A stretch of DNA of 64,000 bases. Origin: a virus. The DNA lies in the IMG/VR virus record IMGVR_UViG_3300041964_000014, positions 47,189 through 111,188 of that record. One strand, 5' to 3'. The first letter of the stretch is position 1, and each line of letters opens with the position of its first letter. Below, one piece after another: positions 42,855 through 53,513 of the stretch. The notes beneath the pieces were generated by a model, which made no database searches, had not been told where the DNA came from, and was given only the letters and a program-made list of their open reading frames with translations. The position numbers were made by a program, and so were the translations under genes.

Positions 42855-45800
42855 ATGGACTTATTATCACAAGAGAGTTACCTAAAGTACTATCAGTTAA
42901 TCAATCCGCAGTATATTAGCTGGGACTTTTATTCGCAGTATTTAGACAAAGAACCCCCATTTGGTGAGTTAGGGGCAATTGTATTCCTACGTACATACAG
43001 TCGATTTGTGCTTGAACTCAAGCGACGCGAGAAGTTTGCCGAGACTTGTTTACGTGTTGTGGAATACAGTTTATCGCTAGATACTGTTAGCGATACTTAC
43101 GCTCTCCGGGAGGAAGCCGAGCAGTTATTTGATTGTTTATTTAGTTTACGGGGATTTGCTTCGGGACGCTCGTATTGGGTAGCCGGAACTGAGCAAACAA
43201 AACGATGTGGTTCTGCTACGTGGAATTGTTGCTTCCGTACAATGGATAGCATCTCCGCTTTTAGTGAAGTATTTTATTGGTTGCTACTAGGTGCTGGTGT
43301 TGGTTTCTCTGTAGAGAATAAGTATGTCAGCAAGCTGCCTACGTTTAATACTCAAGTAGAAATTAAACATACCCCATACATTTTTAATCAAAGTTATTAC
43401 CCTAATACTCTTATTTATCCCAATGAATCTCGGCTGGATGGCTATACTCTTACAGATACTGATCTAGTTGTTTCGGACGCAGAGTTTCTCCAACATTGGG
43501 GATTTCAGGATGAAGAACACTTTACCGTAATAGTTGGAGATAGTAAAGAAGGCTGGTGTACAGCTTTAAGAGTGTTATTGTATTTACTTACACTACCCAA
43601 CACTAAGTCAATAACATTTAACTATAATAACGTTCGCCCTAAAGGAGAACGTATTAAAGTATTTGGTGGACGTGCTAGTGGTCATCAGAATCTACAAGAT
43701 GTATTGCAACGTACTCACGACATTGTTTGCGAGAGTAAAGGTAAGCTTAATTCTCTTAACGTACTAGATGAAGTTAATACTATAGGTGTTGGAGTAGTTA
43801 GTGGCGGTGTTCGTCGTACTGCTGAAATTGCGTTAGGGGATGCGGATGATACTTATTTTATTGAAGCCAAACAAGATTTATGGACTGATGAGTCAAAGGC
43901 TAAGTATAGGAATATTCGAGTTATGTCTAATAATTCAGTAGTTTTCTATGAAAATCCTGGACTTGAAAAGATACGTGAAATTGTACGTAGAATTCAAACC
44001 AATGGTGAACCGGGCTTTTCTATTGTAGGCAATGCTCAAAAACATGATCCTAATATAAAGGGTTTCAATCCCTGCCATGAAGCCAGTCTTGATTCTCATC
44101 AATCCTGCAATTTAGTGACCGAGAATCTAGTAGCTCATATCTTTGATGGACTACTTGACTATGCTTTATTACAAGATACTTTACGCTTGATTACTCGTGT
44201 TGCGTGTCGTCAAACTACAGCTAGTCAGTGGCATCCACAATGGGACGCAGTACAAAAACGAGACAGACTAATCGGTGTATCGATGACTGGAGTTGAGGAT
44301 GCGTTTGATATTCTAAACTGGGGCGATGAACAAAAAGCTGATTTCTACAACTGGGCAGCAGATATTGTGCGGGATGAGGCAGATAAGTACAACGCTCATC
44401 TAGGTATTGAGAAATCTAAGCGGGTTACTTTGGTTAAACCTGAAGGCTGTGAAGTAATTGAGAGTTTGCGAGTCTTTAACGAAGGTATCCTTCGCATAGA
44501 TGAAATAGACTCCAATATATCTAATAAAACGGGATTTTACAAAAATACTGTTTCTTTGACAACAACACACTGGAATGATAAGGTTAGTAGCTTATTTAAT
44601 AATGGGTTATCTGATATTGCAGAAATTACTCTAAATAATGGTCGCAAGTTGAAGACAACAGTCGAGCATCGATTTCATGTGCAAGGAACATGGAAACGGG
44701 TTTTAGATCTAACTATAGGGGATGTATTAGATGTAGAATTAGGTAGTTATCAAAATAAAAACAATACCCCAATGTATGTTCCTACTAATGGAACAGGACT
44801 TAAGAAGGTTTCTCTACCTACACGAATGTCAGAACCTTTAGCTTGGTTTTTAGCTGCTATTTACGCAAATGGCAGCACTTCTACAAGGGGATATGTAGAT
44901 TTCTGTAGTGGACATTTGTTAGTTTGCACTAAATTCAAACAGATCGTTAAGCAATTATTCGGGGTAAATGTAGAGTTCAAAAAAGACTCTATAAAGGATA
45001 TGTATCGCACTCGTATTAATTCTGTCGATATTTGGCAATATTTGAAAGAAAATAACTGTTTAAAAAGCGATCAGTTTGATCGTGTACCGCTTGTTGTAAG
45101 AAAGTCTAGTCGTCAGAGTGTATTAGCTTTTGTGGCAGGCTATCTAGACACCGATGGCTGTTTTAAAAATAAAACTTGCGCGATTACATCCACGAAACTA
45201 GACTTTGCCCGAAATCTACAAGAAGTGTGCGAAGCCGTTGGATTATCATTCAGTGCTTACGAAACTAAACGAGAAACTACAAAAGGAGAATGTCATTATA
45301 TAGATTTGCAGTTATCCCGTACTTTTAGCACTAAAGATGCAATTGATTATATTAATCAAAACTGCATCAAGGCACAGGAGCATCCAATCCTTTACTCCAG
45401 TAAATCACATAAAAATCCCTATAAAGTAAAATCTATTACTTTACTGGATAACCTTGAAATGACTTATGATATCGAAGTAGAAAATTCACACTGTTACCTA
45501 AATGGGGGAATTAAATCGCATAACACATTAAGTCAATTGCCCACAGTATCGAGTGGTATTGGTAAAGCTTATGCCCCCTATTATCTTCGCCGTATAAGAT
45601 TTTCTAGTCTCGATCCACTAGCATTAGCACTGTATCAGCAAGGTGTGCCTGTAGTACCTGAGAATGGTCAGGGAGACGATTTATTTAGCGAAAAGTGCAA
45701 TACATGGGTATTTACTTTCCCAATAAAAACAAACGCTAAGATCCGTGCTATTGATGAACCTATTGAGGAGCAATTTAAGCGGTACTTGCTGGTACAAAAC

Positions 45801-46129
45801 ACATATGTGCGCGAAGGTTATAATGCGTCTAACACAATGACAGTAGCTCCGATGAGTGGGACAAAGCCGCTGAATTAGTGCATGAACATTGGGGTTCAAT
45901 TATTGGTATTACTTTTCTACCCCGTTTTGATCCACGAGAAGGAGGTAAAGCTGCTTATCCTAATATGCCGTATGAGCCTTGCGAAGAACACGAGTATATC
46001 GAGTACTCGAAACAACTACCTAAGTTAACTGAAAATGATTTAATAAGGTTAGTAGCAAGCTTTGAACAACAAGCAGAAGAACAAACTTTAGACGATGCTT
46101 GTTCGACAGGTGCGTGCCCCGTCCGCTGA
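42855..46129 (+). CDS. nrdJ: Class II (AdoCbl-dependent) ribonucleotide reductase with intein; apparent frameshift near 45860
   Basis: FLRTYSR, WNCCF, GAGVGFS, GGVRRTAEI, FNPCHE (thiyl Cys), CNL, VKPEG|T; C-terminal CSTGACPVR in the next frame (DEWDKAAELVHEHW joins the two). Confidence 0.9.
44448..45524 (+). mobile_element. Intein with LAGLIDADG homing endonuclease (359 aa) in nrdJ
   Basis: VKPEG|CEVIES...TVEHRF...FLAAIYANG...FVAGYLDTDG...TYDIEVENSHCYLNGGIKSHN|TLSQL. Confidence 0.92.
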
Positions 46130-46706
46130 GGGTAGTTAAAGATAACTAAAACAATGCAGCTTAAGTACCCTACTATTTAAGCTGCTTACTACTACTAAAC
46201 TAATATGCTTATTACTAAAGACAATTTAGAGTTAGGTAGATTAGAACAGTTATTAAACTCGCCTAATCTTAGTAGTGCAGACATTAGAAGGATTAATAGA
46301 TTAATAAGGCTAATTAAGGAAGCAGAATCTGAGTGATTATTACTTATGCTATTATCCGAAGCTTTTAATACCCTTAACACTGTAGACTTCTTAGAACTAG
46401 TAAATAAGGTTATTACTAGCAATCAATTAGCTGTCGCAGATATAGACACATTAATAGTTTATAAATTAAGAAAGCTATGGATAGAGCATAATAGTATGGA
46501 TAAGTATCCTTGTTCTAGTAATGTTTATACAAATACTACTAATAACACTACTAGTACTACTAGGATATTTTACGACAGTAAGGAAGCTAGTACTTATTTA
46601 CAAGATGCAATAGTTGAACTAACTAAATTGGGTTATGTATTTGTAGCTCACAAAGTAGACACTATTGGCAAGAAATTTATAGTTAGTTATACAGTTACTA
46701 AATAAT

Positions 46707-47339
46707 ATGCGATTAACTAGTTTACGTACCCGTAAAGGTAACTCCGGTTTTACCGAGCTAATTAAAGGTAACAGAGTACCTAAAAGCGATCAACTTTGCT
46801 TTATTAACAACGGTATTCAACGAGCAGCTACACGGGCTAACTTACTTAACAAAGAATACAACTTTCTGCATAAGGAGGATGCCGAGTTAATTGGCAAGTT
46901 GGTAAACCCTGAGTTAGGTAAACTTATTGCTAGCTTATGGGCGAAGTTAGAACTAAATGAAATGGCTCCACAACTATCTTTACTTGAATCATTTGAAGCA
47001 AGACTGTCCGAAATAAATAAGGGGTTTAAGTCAGAGCATGAGTTTGTGGTATTCCATAGTGTCCCAGCGCTGAAATTTTATATGGTGACTCTGGATATCC
47101 GCGATGTAGAACACTTTGCATGGTGCATCATACATCGCTTCTATGGATATGCTGAGGAAAACTTCAGTGACGAGGTACAGATCACAGGATCGTTTTATAA
47201 CTTGCTGGGTGATTACTTTTTCAATGTATGTCGTTTGATAGAAAAAGATCATTACGGTAAGGTAGAGTACTGGCAAAACCCGCTAACAAACAATCCCCTT
47301 ATTATTTCGGACGCATCTTCCAGCTCCGAGGAACTATAA
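46707..47339 (+). CDS. PduO-type ATP:cob(I)alamin adenosyltransferase-like protein
   Basis: N-terminal RTRKGNSGFTELIKGNRVPKSD (compare YTRTGDxGxTxLxxGxRVxKxD), EFV, IRDVE, YNLLGDYFFNVCR. Confidence 0.65.
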   Translation: MRLTSLRTRKGNSGFTELIKGNRVPKSDQLCFINNGIQRAATRANLLNKEYNFLHKEDAELIGKLVNPELGKLIASLWAKLELNEMAPQLSLLESFEARLSEINKGFKSEHEFVVFHSVPALKFYMVTLDIRDVEHFAWCIIHRFYGYAEENFSDEVQITGSFYNLLGDYFFNVCRLIEKDHYGKVEYWQNPLTNNPLIISDASSSSEEL

Positions 47340-47366
47340 TATAACCAGTGAAGCGGAGGGACAACG

Positions 47367-47846
47367 ATGGACAGTTTTAGTCAGTTACTTATAATACTTG
47401 GTAAGCTAGTGGCTGAAGCTGAAGATCGAACAGCTCTACGTATACGAACTCTTTTGTCAAAACCACCATTTAATTACGTACCAGAAGGAAATATGTCAGC
47501 AAAACTTGGCGATACACTTACCTTGCTTGAGCAGTTGGCTGAAAAGTTAGTTGCAGAAGAAGTTCAGGAAGACGAAGCAGCTAAAGCGCAGGTTCAAGAT
47601 CTGCAAAAGCAGATTGAAAAATTGTCAGCTGAGGCTGTAACTGAGCAACAAATGGCACGTCTGGATGCTTTGCGTGACCAGCTAGCAGCTATGCTACCCG
47701 CAGACTCTGTAACTCCCCCTATTGCAGAAGTTCCGCCTGTAGATGAGCCTGTAAACCCTCCAGACGTGGATGTTCCTCCGGCTATTCCTGGTAATCCTAC
47801 TGAAGAATCCCCAGTCGAAGCTCCTCCAGGGATTATCAACGAGTAA
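47367..47846 (+). CDS. Coiled-coil protein with Pro/Glu-rich tail
   Basis: Composition; followed by terminator gccccagac-taa-gttctggggc-tttt. Confidence 0.6.
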   Translation: MDSFSQLLIILGKLVAEAEDRTALRIRTLLSKPPFNYVPEGNMSAKLGDTLTLLEQLAEKLVAEEVQEDEAAKAQVQDLQKQIEKLSAEAVTEQQMARLDALRDQLAAMLPADSVTPPIAEVPPVDEPVNPPDVDVPPAIPGNPTEESPVEAPPGIINE

Positions 47847-47904
47847 TCTCGGCAGCGCACACAACACATTTGCCCCAGACTAAGTTCTGGGGCTTTTAAT
47901 TTAT

Positions 47905-48381
47905 ATGTTTAGGTGTACTATGCAAGAAGAACTAGGTTTGGCTATATCGGATGTTCAATCGACTATAGATCGTCAACCTTATGTAAATCAATTAACTTTA
48001 CCACAACGACAATTGATTGGACTACTAGGGTTAGTTGAAGAAGCGAATGAAGTAGCGGAGGTTTTATTTAACAACTTAGACATCTTTGCTACACAAGATG
48101 AAGGGTATAGTACATCGGAAAGACTACAAACGCTATTAGAGTTAAGTATAACTACTGGTAAAGAGTTAGGAGTCTTTAAGAAAAGACTACTTAGTGAAAG
48201 TCTACATATTAACGTAGTTAATCGATATACTTATCGACAGTATCAGGATAATGTACAAGAAGGGTGTTTTAATGTTTTATATTACTGGTTATTAATTACT
48301 GACACTAATTCTATTGATTTAGTAACTCTGCTAAAAACCGGATTAAGTAAGGTTAAACGACGAGATCCTAATGTCCGCTAA
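47905..48381 (+). CDS. MazG-like NTP pyrophosphatase (degenerate)
   Basis: LLGLVEEANEVAE...EGCFNVLYY...KVKRRDP. Confidence 0.55.
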   Translation: MFRCTMQEELGLAISDVQSTIDRQPYVNQLTLPQRQLIGLLGLVEEANEVAEVLFNNLDIFATQDEGYSTSERLQTLLELSITTGKELGVFKKRLLSESLHINVVNRYTYRQYQDNVQEGCFNVLYYWLLITDTNSIDLVTLLKTGLSKVKRRDPNVR

Positions 48382-48560
48382 TATTGAATACAACTTAAAG
48401 CAGTTAATTCTAGAGTACATAAGACTTATTCAACTACCGGAATTAACTGAAGAAGAAGAAGAGTCATTGAACAGTATTTTAATACTGGCTAAAACCGACT
48501 ACTTACTTCAAGCTTATATTAACGTAGCTAAAAAACATTACCCTACAAACTAGATAAACT

Positions 48561-49268
48561 ATGAACCTTATTGAACTGGAAATCAAAGCACTAGCTAATA
48601 ATTTTGATATTGCTAAATTAGAGGCTTTAGAATACTATGTTTACTCGCGGGAAAAACAACTCAATCATTACTTTGCTTACGATAACCCCGATAGTTTAAA
48701 TAATTTATTAGAAGCAGTAAAACAGTTTGTGGGTTTATCTACTTACGAGGAGCTACGTACTGCGTTTACTACAAAAAAAGTAAGTGTGCGTACTCGTGAA
48801 GTAACTGATATTCACGGTAATCATGTAGTTTATTTTATTGTTAAGTACTCGCTAGTAGATAGTAATGCTGCTAACGGTAATCTCCGGAAAGAGATAGAGC
48901 TAGAAACAGATCTTAGCTTGTCGGCTTTAGATAATCTACTGAAAGAACAAGGACTAACTTATGCAAGTAAATGGTCCAGAGAGCGGGAAACATATGTGAA
49001 TCTCGATTTGTCGAAGCCAACAATATGCTTAGACAAGAACGCAGGGTATGGACGACTGTTAGAGGTGGAAAAACTTGTGCAAGAAGAGGAAATCGAAGCC
49101 ACAAAACCCTTACTGTACGCCACACTATCTAGCCTAGAGCTAGAAGAACTTGATAGTGAGTTACTGTCAAATATGTTTGCTTTCTACGAAGCGAACTGGA
49201 AGAAATACTACGGTACTGATAAACTGATTTGGGATGACCCTGAGTTTATTAGGAGTCTCGACAAGTAA
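48561..49268 (+). CDS. CYTH (triphosphate tunnel) domain protein
   Basis: IELEIKA (ExExK), Q.NHYF, VRTR, RKEIE, RERETY, LDKNAGYGRLLEVEK. Confidence 0.8.
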   Translation: MNLIELEIKALANNFDIAKLEALEYYVYSREKQLNHYFAYDNPDSLNNLLEAVKQFVGLSTYEELRTAFTTKKVSVRTREVTDIHGNHVVYFIVKYSLVDSNAANGNLRKEIELETDLSLSALDNLLKEQGLTYASKWSRERETYVNLDLSKPTICLDKNAGYGRLLEVEKLVQEEEIEATKPLLYATLSSLELEELDSELLSNMFAFYEANWKKYYGTDKLIWDDPEFIRSLDK

Positions 49269-49313
49269 TAAGTGCGCTAAACTGGGGAAGTGATATAAAC
49301 GACCACGATAATA

Positions 49314-49356
49314 GTCCGAAATAATAAGGGAGTGAGAGTTCCTTGTTGTTTCGGAC
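49314..49356. repeat. Inverted pair of the motif
   Basis: gtccgaaataataagg...ccttgttgtttcggac. Confidence 0.9.
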
Positions 49357-49482
49357 TTCCTTTAGGGTTATAACCTAGAACATACTGAGTTATTTTTACT
49401 ACTTCAAATAAGTATGTTTTCACGGATGGCAAGAATTATCTAATTATTTATATTGAACTTACTACTACTTAACTCTAAACAA

Positions 49483-50196
49483 ATGTTAGAAATACACAAC
49501 AAAGATGGGATTTTACTGGTAGATTCTCGGTTAGTTGCAGATGCTCTAGGTATTCAGCACGAATCCTTTATGAGAACCATACATAACTACGAAACCGAGG
49601 CTAGCTTTGCGTTTGGAGTTTTCCGATTTGAAATCGGGAAACCTCAAAGTGACGCAGAGGGGGGTAGACCGACATCCTACGCTTTATTAACCGAAGATCA
49701 AGCGATTTTCCTGATGACTCTCAGCCGTAATACTCCCCAGGTAGTGCAAGCCAAGCTTAATTTAGTTAAAGCGTTTTCGACGGCTAAAGAAGCACTTAAA
49801 GCCCAACAAGTGGACTTGAATGCGATGCTTCTACTTATCCAAGAGATGCATCAGAAGCTTGCTCAACAAGAGCAAAATATGAATGTGCTTACTGAGCGTA
49901 CTCAGCGATTAGATCGAGCAGAACAAGACCTTGCACAAATAGAAGAAGCTAGTATTGAGCATCCCGGTTGTGCTGGTGTGATCTTTGATGACGATGACAG
50001 CATTGAAATGACTGCTGCGGAGTTTGTTGAGTTAAAAGGTATAGACCAACGTCATACCAACACGTTAAGCAAACGAGCAGCAAATTTTCAAAGGGTGGGT
50101 AAGAATGAAACGCCATCTAGTCGCCGTAATGGGCGTTTACTACTAGCGGTTCGTTACCTTAAACAAGCCGCTAAATCAGTATTAAACTTAGACTAA
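49483..50196 (+). CDS. Rha-family phage regulatory protein, second copy
   Basis: LLVDSRLVADALGIQH...LLTEDQAIFLMTLSRNTPQVVQAKLNLVKAF; C-terminal HPGC...KRAANFQR. Confidence 0.8.
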   Translation: MLEIHNKDGILLVDSRLVADALGIQHESFMRTIHNYETEASFAFGVFRFEIGKPQSDAEGGRPTSYALLTEDQAIFLMTLSRNTPQVVQAKLNLVKAFSTAKEALKAQQVDLNAMLLLIQEMHQKLAQQEQNMNVLTERTQRLDRAEQDLAQIEEASIEHPGCAGVIFDDDDSIEMTAAEFVELKGIDQRHTNTLSKRAANFQRVGKNETPSSRRNGRLLLAVRYLKQAAKSVLNLD

Positions 50197-50675
50197 TTAA
50201 AATTACTAGGGTGTTTATGTTAAGTAAAAATCTCCAACCTTATACATTAGTAGCTATAGGCATATGCTATGTAACAGTATCTATAGCTAATCCAAATGCA
50301 ATAGTACTGGCACTAATATGGATTAGTTTTTGGAGTGTGTATATTACTTGGGATACTGCTCGTAACAAAGGCGTACTAAAATCGCGAGCGCAAGTATTAC
50401 GGTTAACACTAGCGCTGTTGTATCTACCTTGTTTGTTTATGCCTAAGAATACCTTACCAGTACTGCTACTAGTAGCAATGATAGATGCATTGTTAGTGGT
50501 TGCTATTTGTATGCCGGATGATGAGTATGTTTAAAGACTTAGTATTTGATGGATTTGGTATACAGCCTCCTAATGACCGTCTTATAGGACATGACGTAAT
50601 ATGGCACGACGGTTATTGGCATAGATTTGGTTTGTACTTTGTGCCAATACATTGGCATTATATAGGTAATTACAA

Positions 50676-50999
50676 ATGAATCAAAAAGAATTCTTAGAAT
50701 ATCACAGACAAGTTATCGAATCAATGCACGATACTTGCAAGAAAAAGAATGCCGACTATTGTGGAGGTAAAGATAATAACGATGCTTTTGCTAACTTTAG
50801 ATTAGTTGAAGCATTTGAGGTCACTACCGCAGAGATAGGATTGTTTACTCGATTGCTAGATAAATTAAGCCGTATTGCAAGTTTCCTTAAACAAGGTCAG
50901 TTATTAGTAACTAATGAGTCGGTAGTAGATACATTAATAGATGCAGCAAACTACTGTATATTGATGGCAGCGTTTTTGCAGTCTAAGAATAAAGAGTAA
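50676..50999 (+). CDS. Nucleotide-modification-associated domain 1 (DUF1599-like) protein
   Basis: KKNADY...DAFANF...RLLDKLSRI...ESVVDTLIDAANY. Confidence 0.75.
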   Translation: MNQKEFLEYHRQVIESMHDTCKKKNADYCGGKDNNDAFANFRLVEAFEVTTAEIGLFTRLLDKLSRIASFLKQGQLLVTNESVVDTLIDAANYCILMAAFLQSKNKE

Positions 51000-51456
51000 C
51001 AAACTACAGCAGACCTTATTATTTCGGACAATGATTGGATTTGCGATCGGTTTAACACTAGGAGTATTAAGCTATGCGTTCTAGGAATAAAGTGAACACT
51101 AGCTATTTTGTATTAATAGCTACTATGGTCGCTTATTTAATTGTCTTATTCTCTACAGACAATGCAGTAGCTAAATGTGTGTTATGGATTTGTCTTTGGA
51201 TAGCAGATGCTATTTATGACATAGACAGGGAAATACCTTTATTTGGTAGTACTGCAAAGGTAGTTACCAAGATACTGGTAGTACTGCAAACACCTTTATA
51301 TTTCATTGAGAAACCCGTACTGTATTTGTATCCTGCCGTTAATGTATTGGCTTGGATGATTACAATATTTTTACTAATCTCCGTAATTGCAAGTGTGAGA
51401 GATTCCGATTAATGGACTTAGTTACGTGGACTTTGTTTACTTATATGGAGAATCCG

Positions 51457-51984
51457 ATGTCTGAAACAGTAGTATTTCAAACTCCCTTTGTGTGTATAAA
51501 GAAAACACAGAAAGGGTTTTTTTATTTAGAGCGTAAAGGAGTAAATTCTGTTGCTATATTCTTGATCAGGAAAACACTACTAAATAGTCAGCTAGATTGG
51601 GATGTACTAATCCGATACCAACCTCTCCCTATAGATAATTCCGAAGATATGTGCTTGTTTCCTTGCCCAATAACTGGGGGTATTGAACCCGGAGAAGTTC
51701 CACAAGATTGCGCGGACAGAGAAACATTTGAAGAAGCTGGGTACTCTGTGGAAACCAAATTATTATGCAATTATGTTGTTGGAACTCAAACTAATGAAAT
51801 AGTCAGTATTTACTGGGCAGATGTAACAGATATAGAGCCTGAAATTCCTAGTAATGATGGTACTTACTTTGAAAGTATTAGTAATAACCAATGGGAAAAA
51901 TTAGAAGACTTAAAACAACATCGATACAGCGCTTGTAAGATAGGCTACCTATATTTGTGTAGCTTATTAAATAAACCCGCTTAA
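51457..51984 (+). CDS. Nudix hydrolase
   Basis: Nudix box GGIEPGEVPQDCADRETFEEAG; GGAG RBS before ATG 51457. Confidence 0.85.
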   Translation: MSETVVFQTPFVCIKKTQKGFFYLERKGVNSVAIFLIRKTLLNSQLDWDVLIRYQPLPIDNSEDMCLFPCPITGGIEPGEVPQDCADRETFEEAGYSVETKLLCNYVVGTQTNEIVSIYWADVTDIEPEIPSNDGTYFESISNNQWEKLEDLKQHRYSACKIGYLYLCSLLNKPA

Positions 51985-52008
51985 TATACACCTTACTAAC
52001 TAATTAAA

Positions 52009-53253
52009 ATGTCAGAAGAGATTCAATACTTACAACTACTTGATCGTGTTCTTAATGAAGGTAGCCGCAAGACTATTTTCAGTCCGAGTGATAAGCTAGG
52101 GACAATTGACCGAAATAAATATAGCGAGATTCCCAAGGACAGTAAGTATCTGTTGTCTGTGTTTGGAGCGAGTTTGAGCTTCGATTGTTCGGATGGAAAG
52201 ATTCCCATCTATACAAGTAGAGAGGTATACTATCCAGGAGCATTCAAAGAGATGCTTTGGTTCCTTAAAGGGAACGGTAATGTAGCGGCTTTACATCAGC
52301 AAAAAGTCCCTATATGGAATGGGTTTGCTTATAAGTATCATTTGAAACAAGCGGGGATATCCTCGGATGTATTAAGCTACGAGAACTTCGTGCAAGGGTA
52401 TCTCTCAAAAGACGAGTACACTATCCCAATACCTTACACCGACTTTACGGGGTACTCAGTTAATAACACTGAGATCGACCAAACTAAATGGCTAATTGAT
52501 ACTATCCAGAAAACCCCGGATCGTAAGAGTTTCGTGGTATCTGCTTGGAATCCCGCAAGATTGTATGGGATGTCCGAAATATCAAGGCAGGAATCTGTAG
52601 TGCTTGCAGCTTGTCATTGCGAGCATCAATGTGTAGTAAATGACGGTAAATTAAATCTTCGTGTCACGATTCGCAGCAACGATTTGCCACTCGGTTAAAT
52701 AAGACTAGCTGAGTATAAACTCCTCTAAACGGTGGAACTCCCACTGGGACAATACCGTGGTAAGCTCAATAGAGTAATCCGTAACGACTATCGAAAAGGA
52801 GCTTTAGCTCACTGAGTAGAGTACATCCAAGTGGATGGAAACGGGGAGGCACCTAATAAGTGCAAGATATAGTCTGGTCTGCATAGATATCGAATATGCA
52901 GCTGCTTGAATAAAGCGGGTTAGAATTAACGACTCTAACTGAACATAACGAATCCTTTCAATGTGTGTCAATATGGCTTACTTTTGCATATGTACGCATA
53001 CTGTACTGGCTTCGAGCCTGGTACTTTACTTGTGCAGATAACTGACGCACATATCTATTCAGATCAGATAGATGCTGTTCAAAAGCAGATAGACACACAT
53101 CAATCAGATAGTTTAAAACCGTTCCCCACACTTTCGATAAAAGATCGTGGGCAGCAGTATCTAACAGACTTTATTTATGAGGATTTCAAGGTGTATGGCT
53201 ACTATCCAGAGGAATCCCTGCGATTTCCCCTTACACTAGTAGGTGGTTATTAA
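52009..53253 (+). CDS. thyA: Thymidylate synthase, two exons (52009..52695 + 52951..53253)
   Basis: EMLWFLKG, IWN, SAWNP, LAACH, IRSNDLPLG | NPFNVCQY, DAHIY; splicing restores RSNDxxLGxPFN in frame. Confidence 0.92.
52696..52950 (+). ncRNA. Group I intron (255 nt, no ORF) at the T4 td-equivalent site
   Basis: 5' exon ends in U (ctcggt|taaataag...ctgagtataa); P7 gacta/tagtc; aagatatagtct S element; ends ctgaacataacG. Confidence 0.9.
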
Positions 53254-53449
53254 CTAAAGGTAAGTTATGACAGATTCAAATCAGTCCAAAAGCGATCGCC
53301 CAGAATACGATGAAGCAGTGGATAAAGATGAGCTGCTTGAACAAAATGAACAACTCGCACAAGAAGCTATCGAACGAGGAGCTGAAGCAATACGTAAGTT
53401 GAAAGCCGAACAAACTGATGCTGAATAAGTTAAGCATCTAGTGAGGTAT

Positions 53450-53487
53450 GTCCGAAATAATAAGACACCCCCTTTATTATTTCGGAC
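53450..53487. repeat. Inverted pair of the motif
   Basis: gtccgaaataataag-acaccccct-ttattatttcggac. Confidence 0.9.
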
Positions 53488-53513
53488 TTCTTTTTTATTA
53501 TTATTGAGGTTTT

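Noticed and set aside
45850-46129. Separate small RNR subunit or split nrdJ
   Set aside because: The frames join seamlessly (TVAP/DEWDKAAELVHEHW), consistent with a single-base indel error.
52696-52698. Stop-codon readthrough or alternative genetic code in thyA
   Set aside because: The TAA is the start of a group I intron; genes elsewhere end normally at TAA, TAG and TGA with high coding density under the standard code.
53292-53299. Cyanobacterial HIP1 (GCGATCGC) enrichment
   Set aside because: Only one copy noticed; not iterated, so it neither supports the host call nor explains the main motif.
3958-53487. CRISPR array or integron attC array made from the repeats
   Set aside because: Copies are dispersed rather than regularly spaced with unique 30-40 nt spacers; there are no cas genes or integron integrase in the window and no GTTRRRY core sites.
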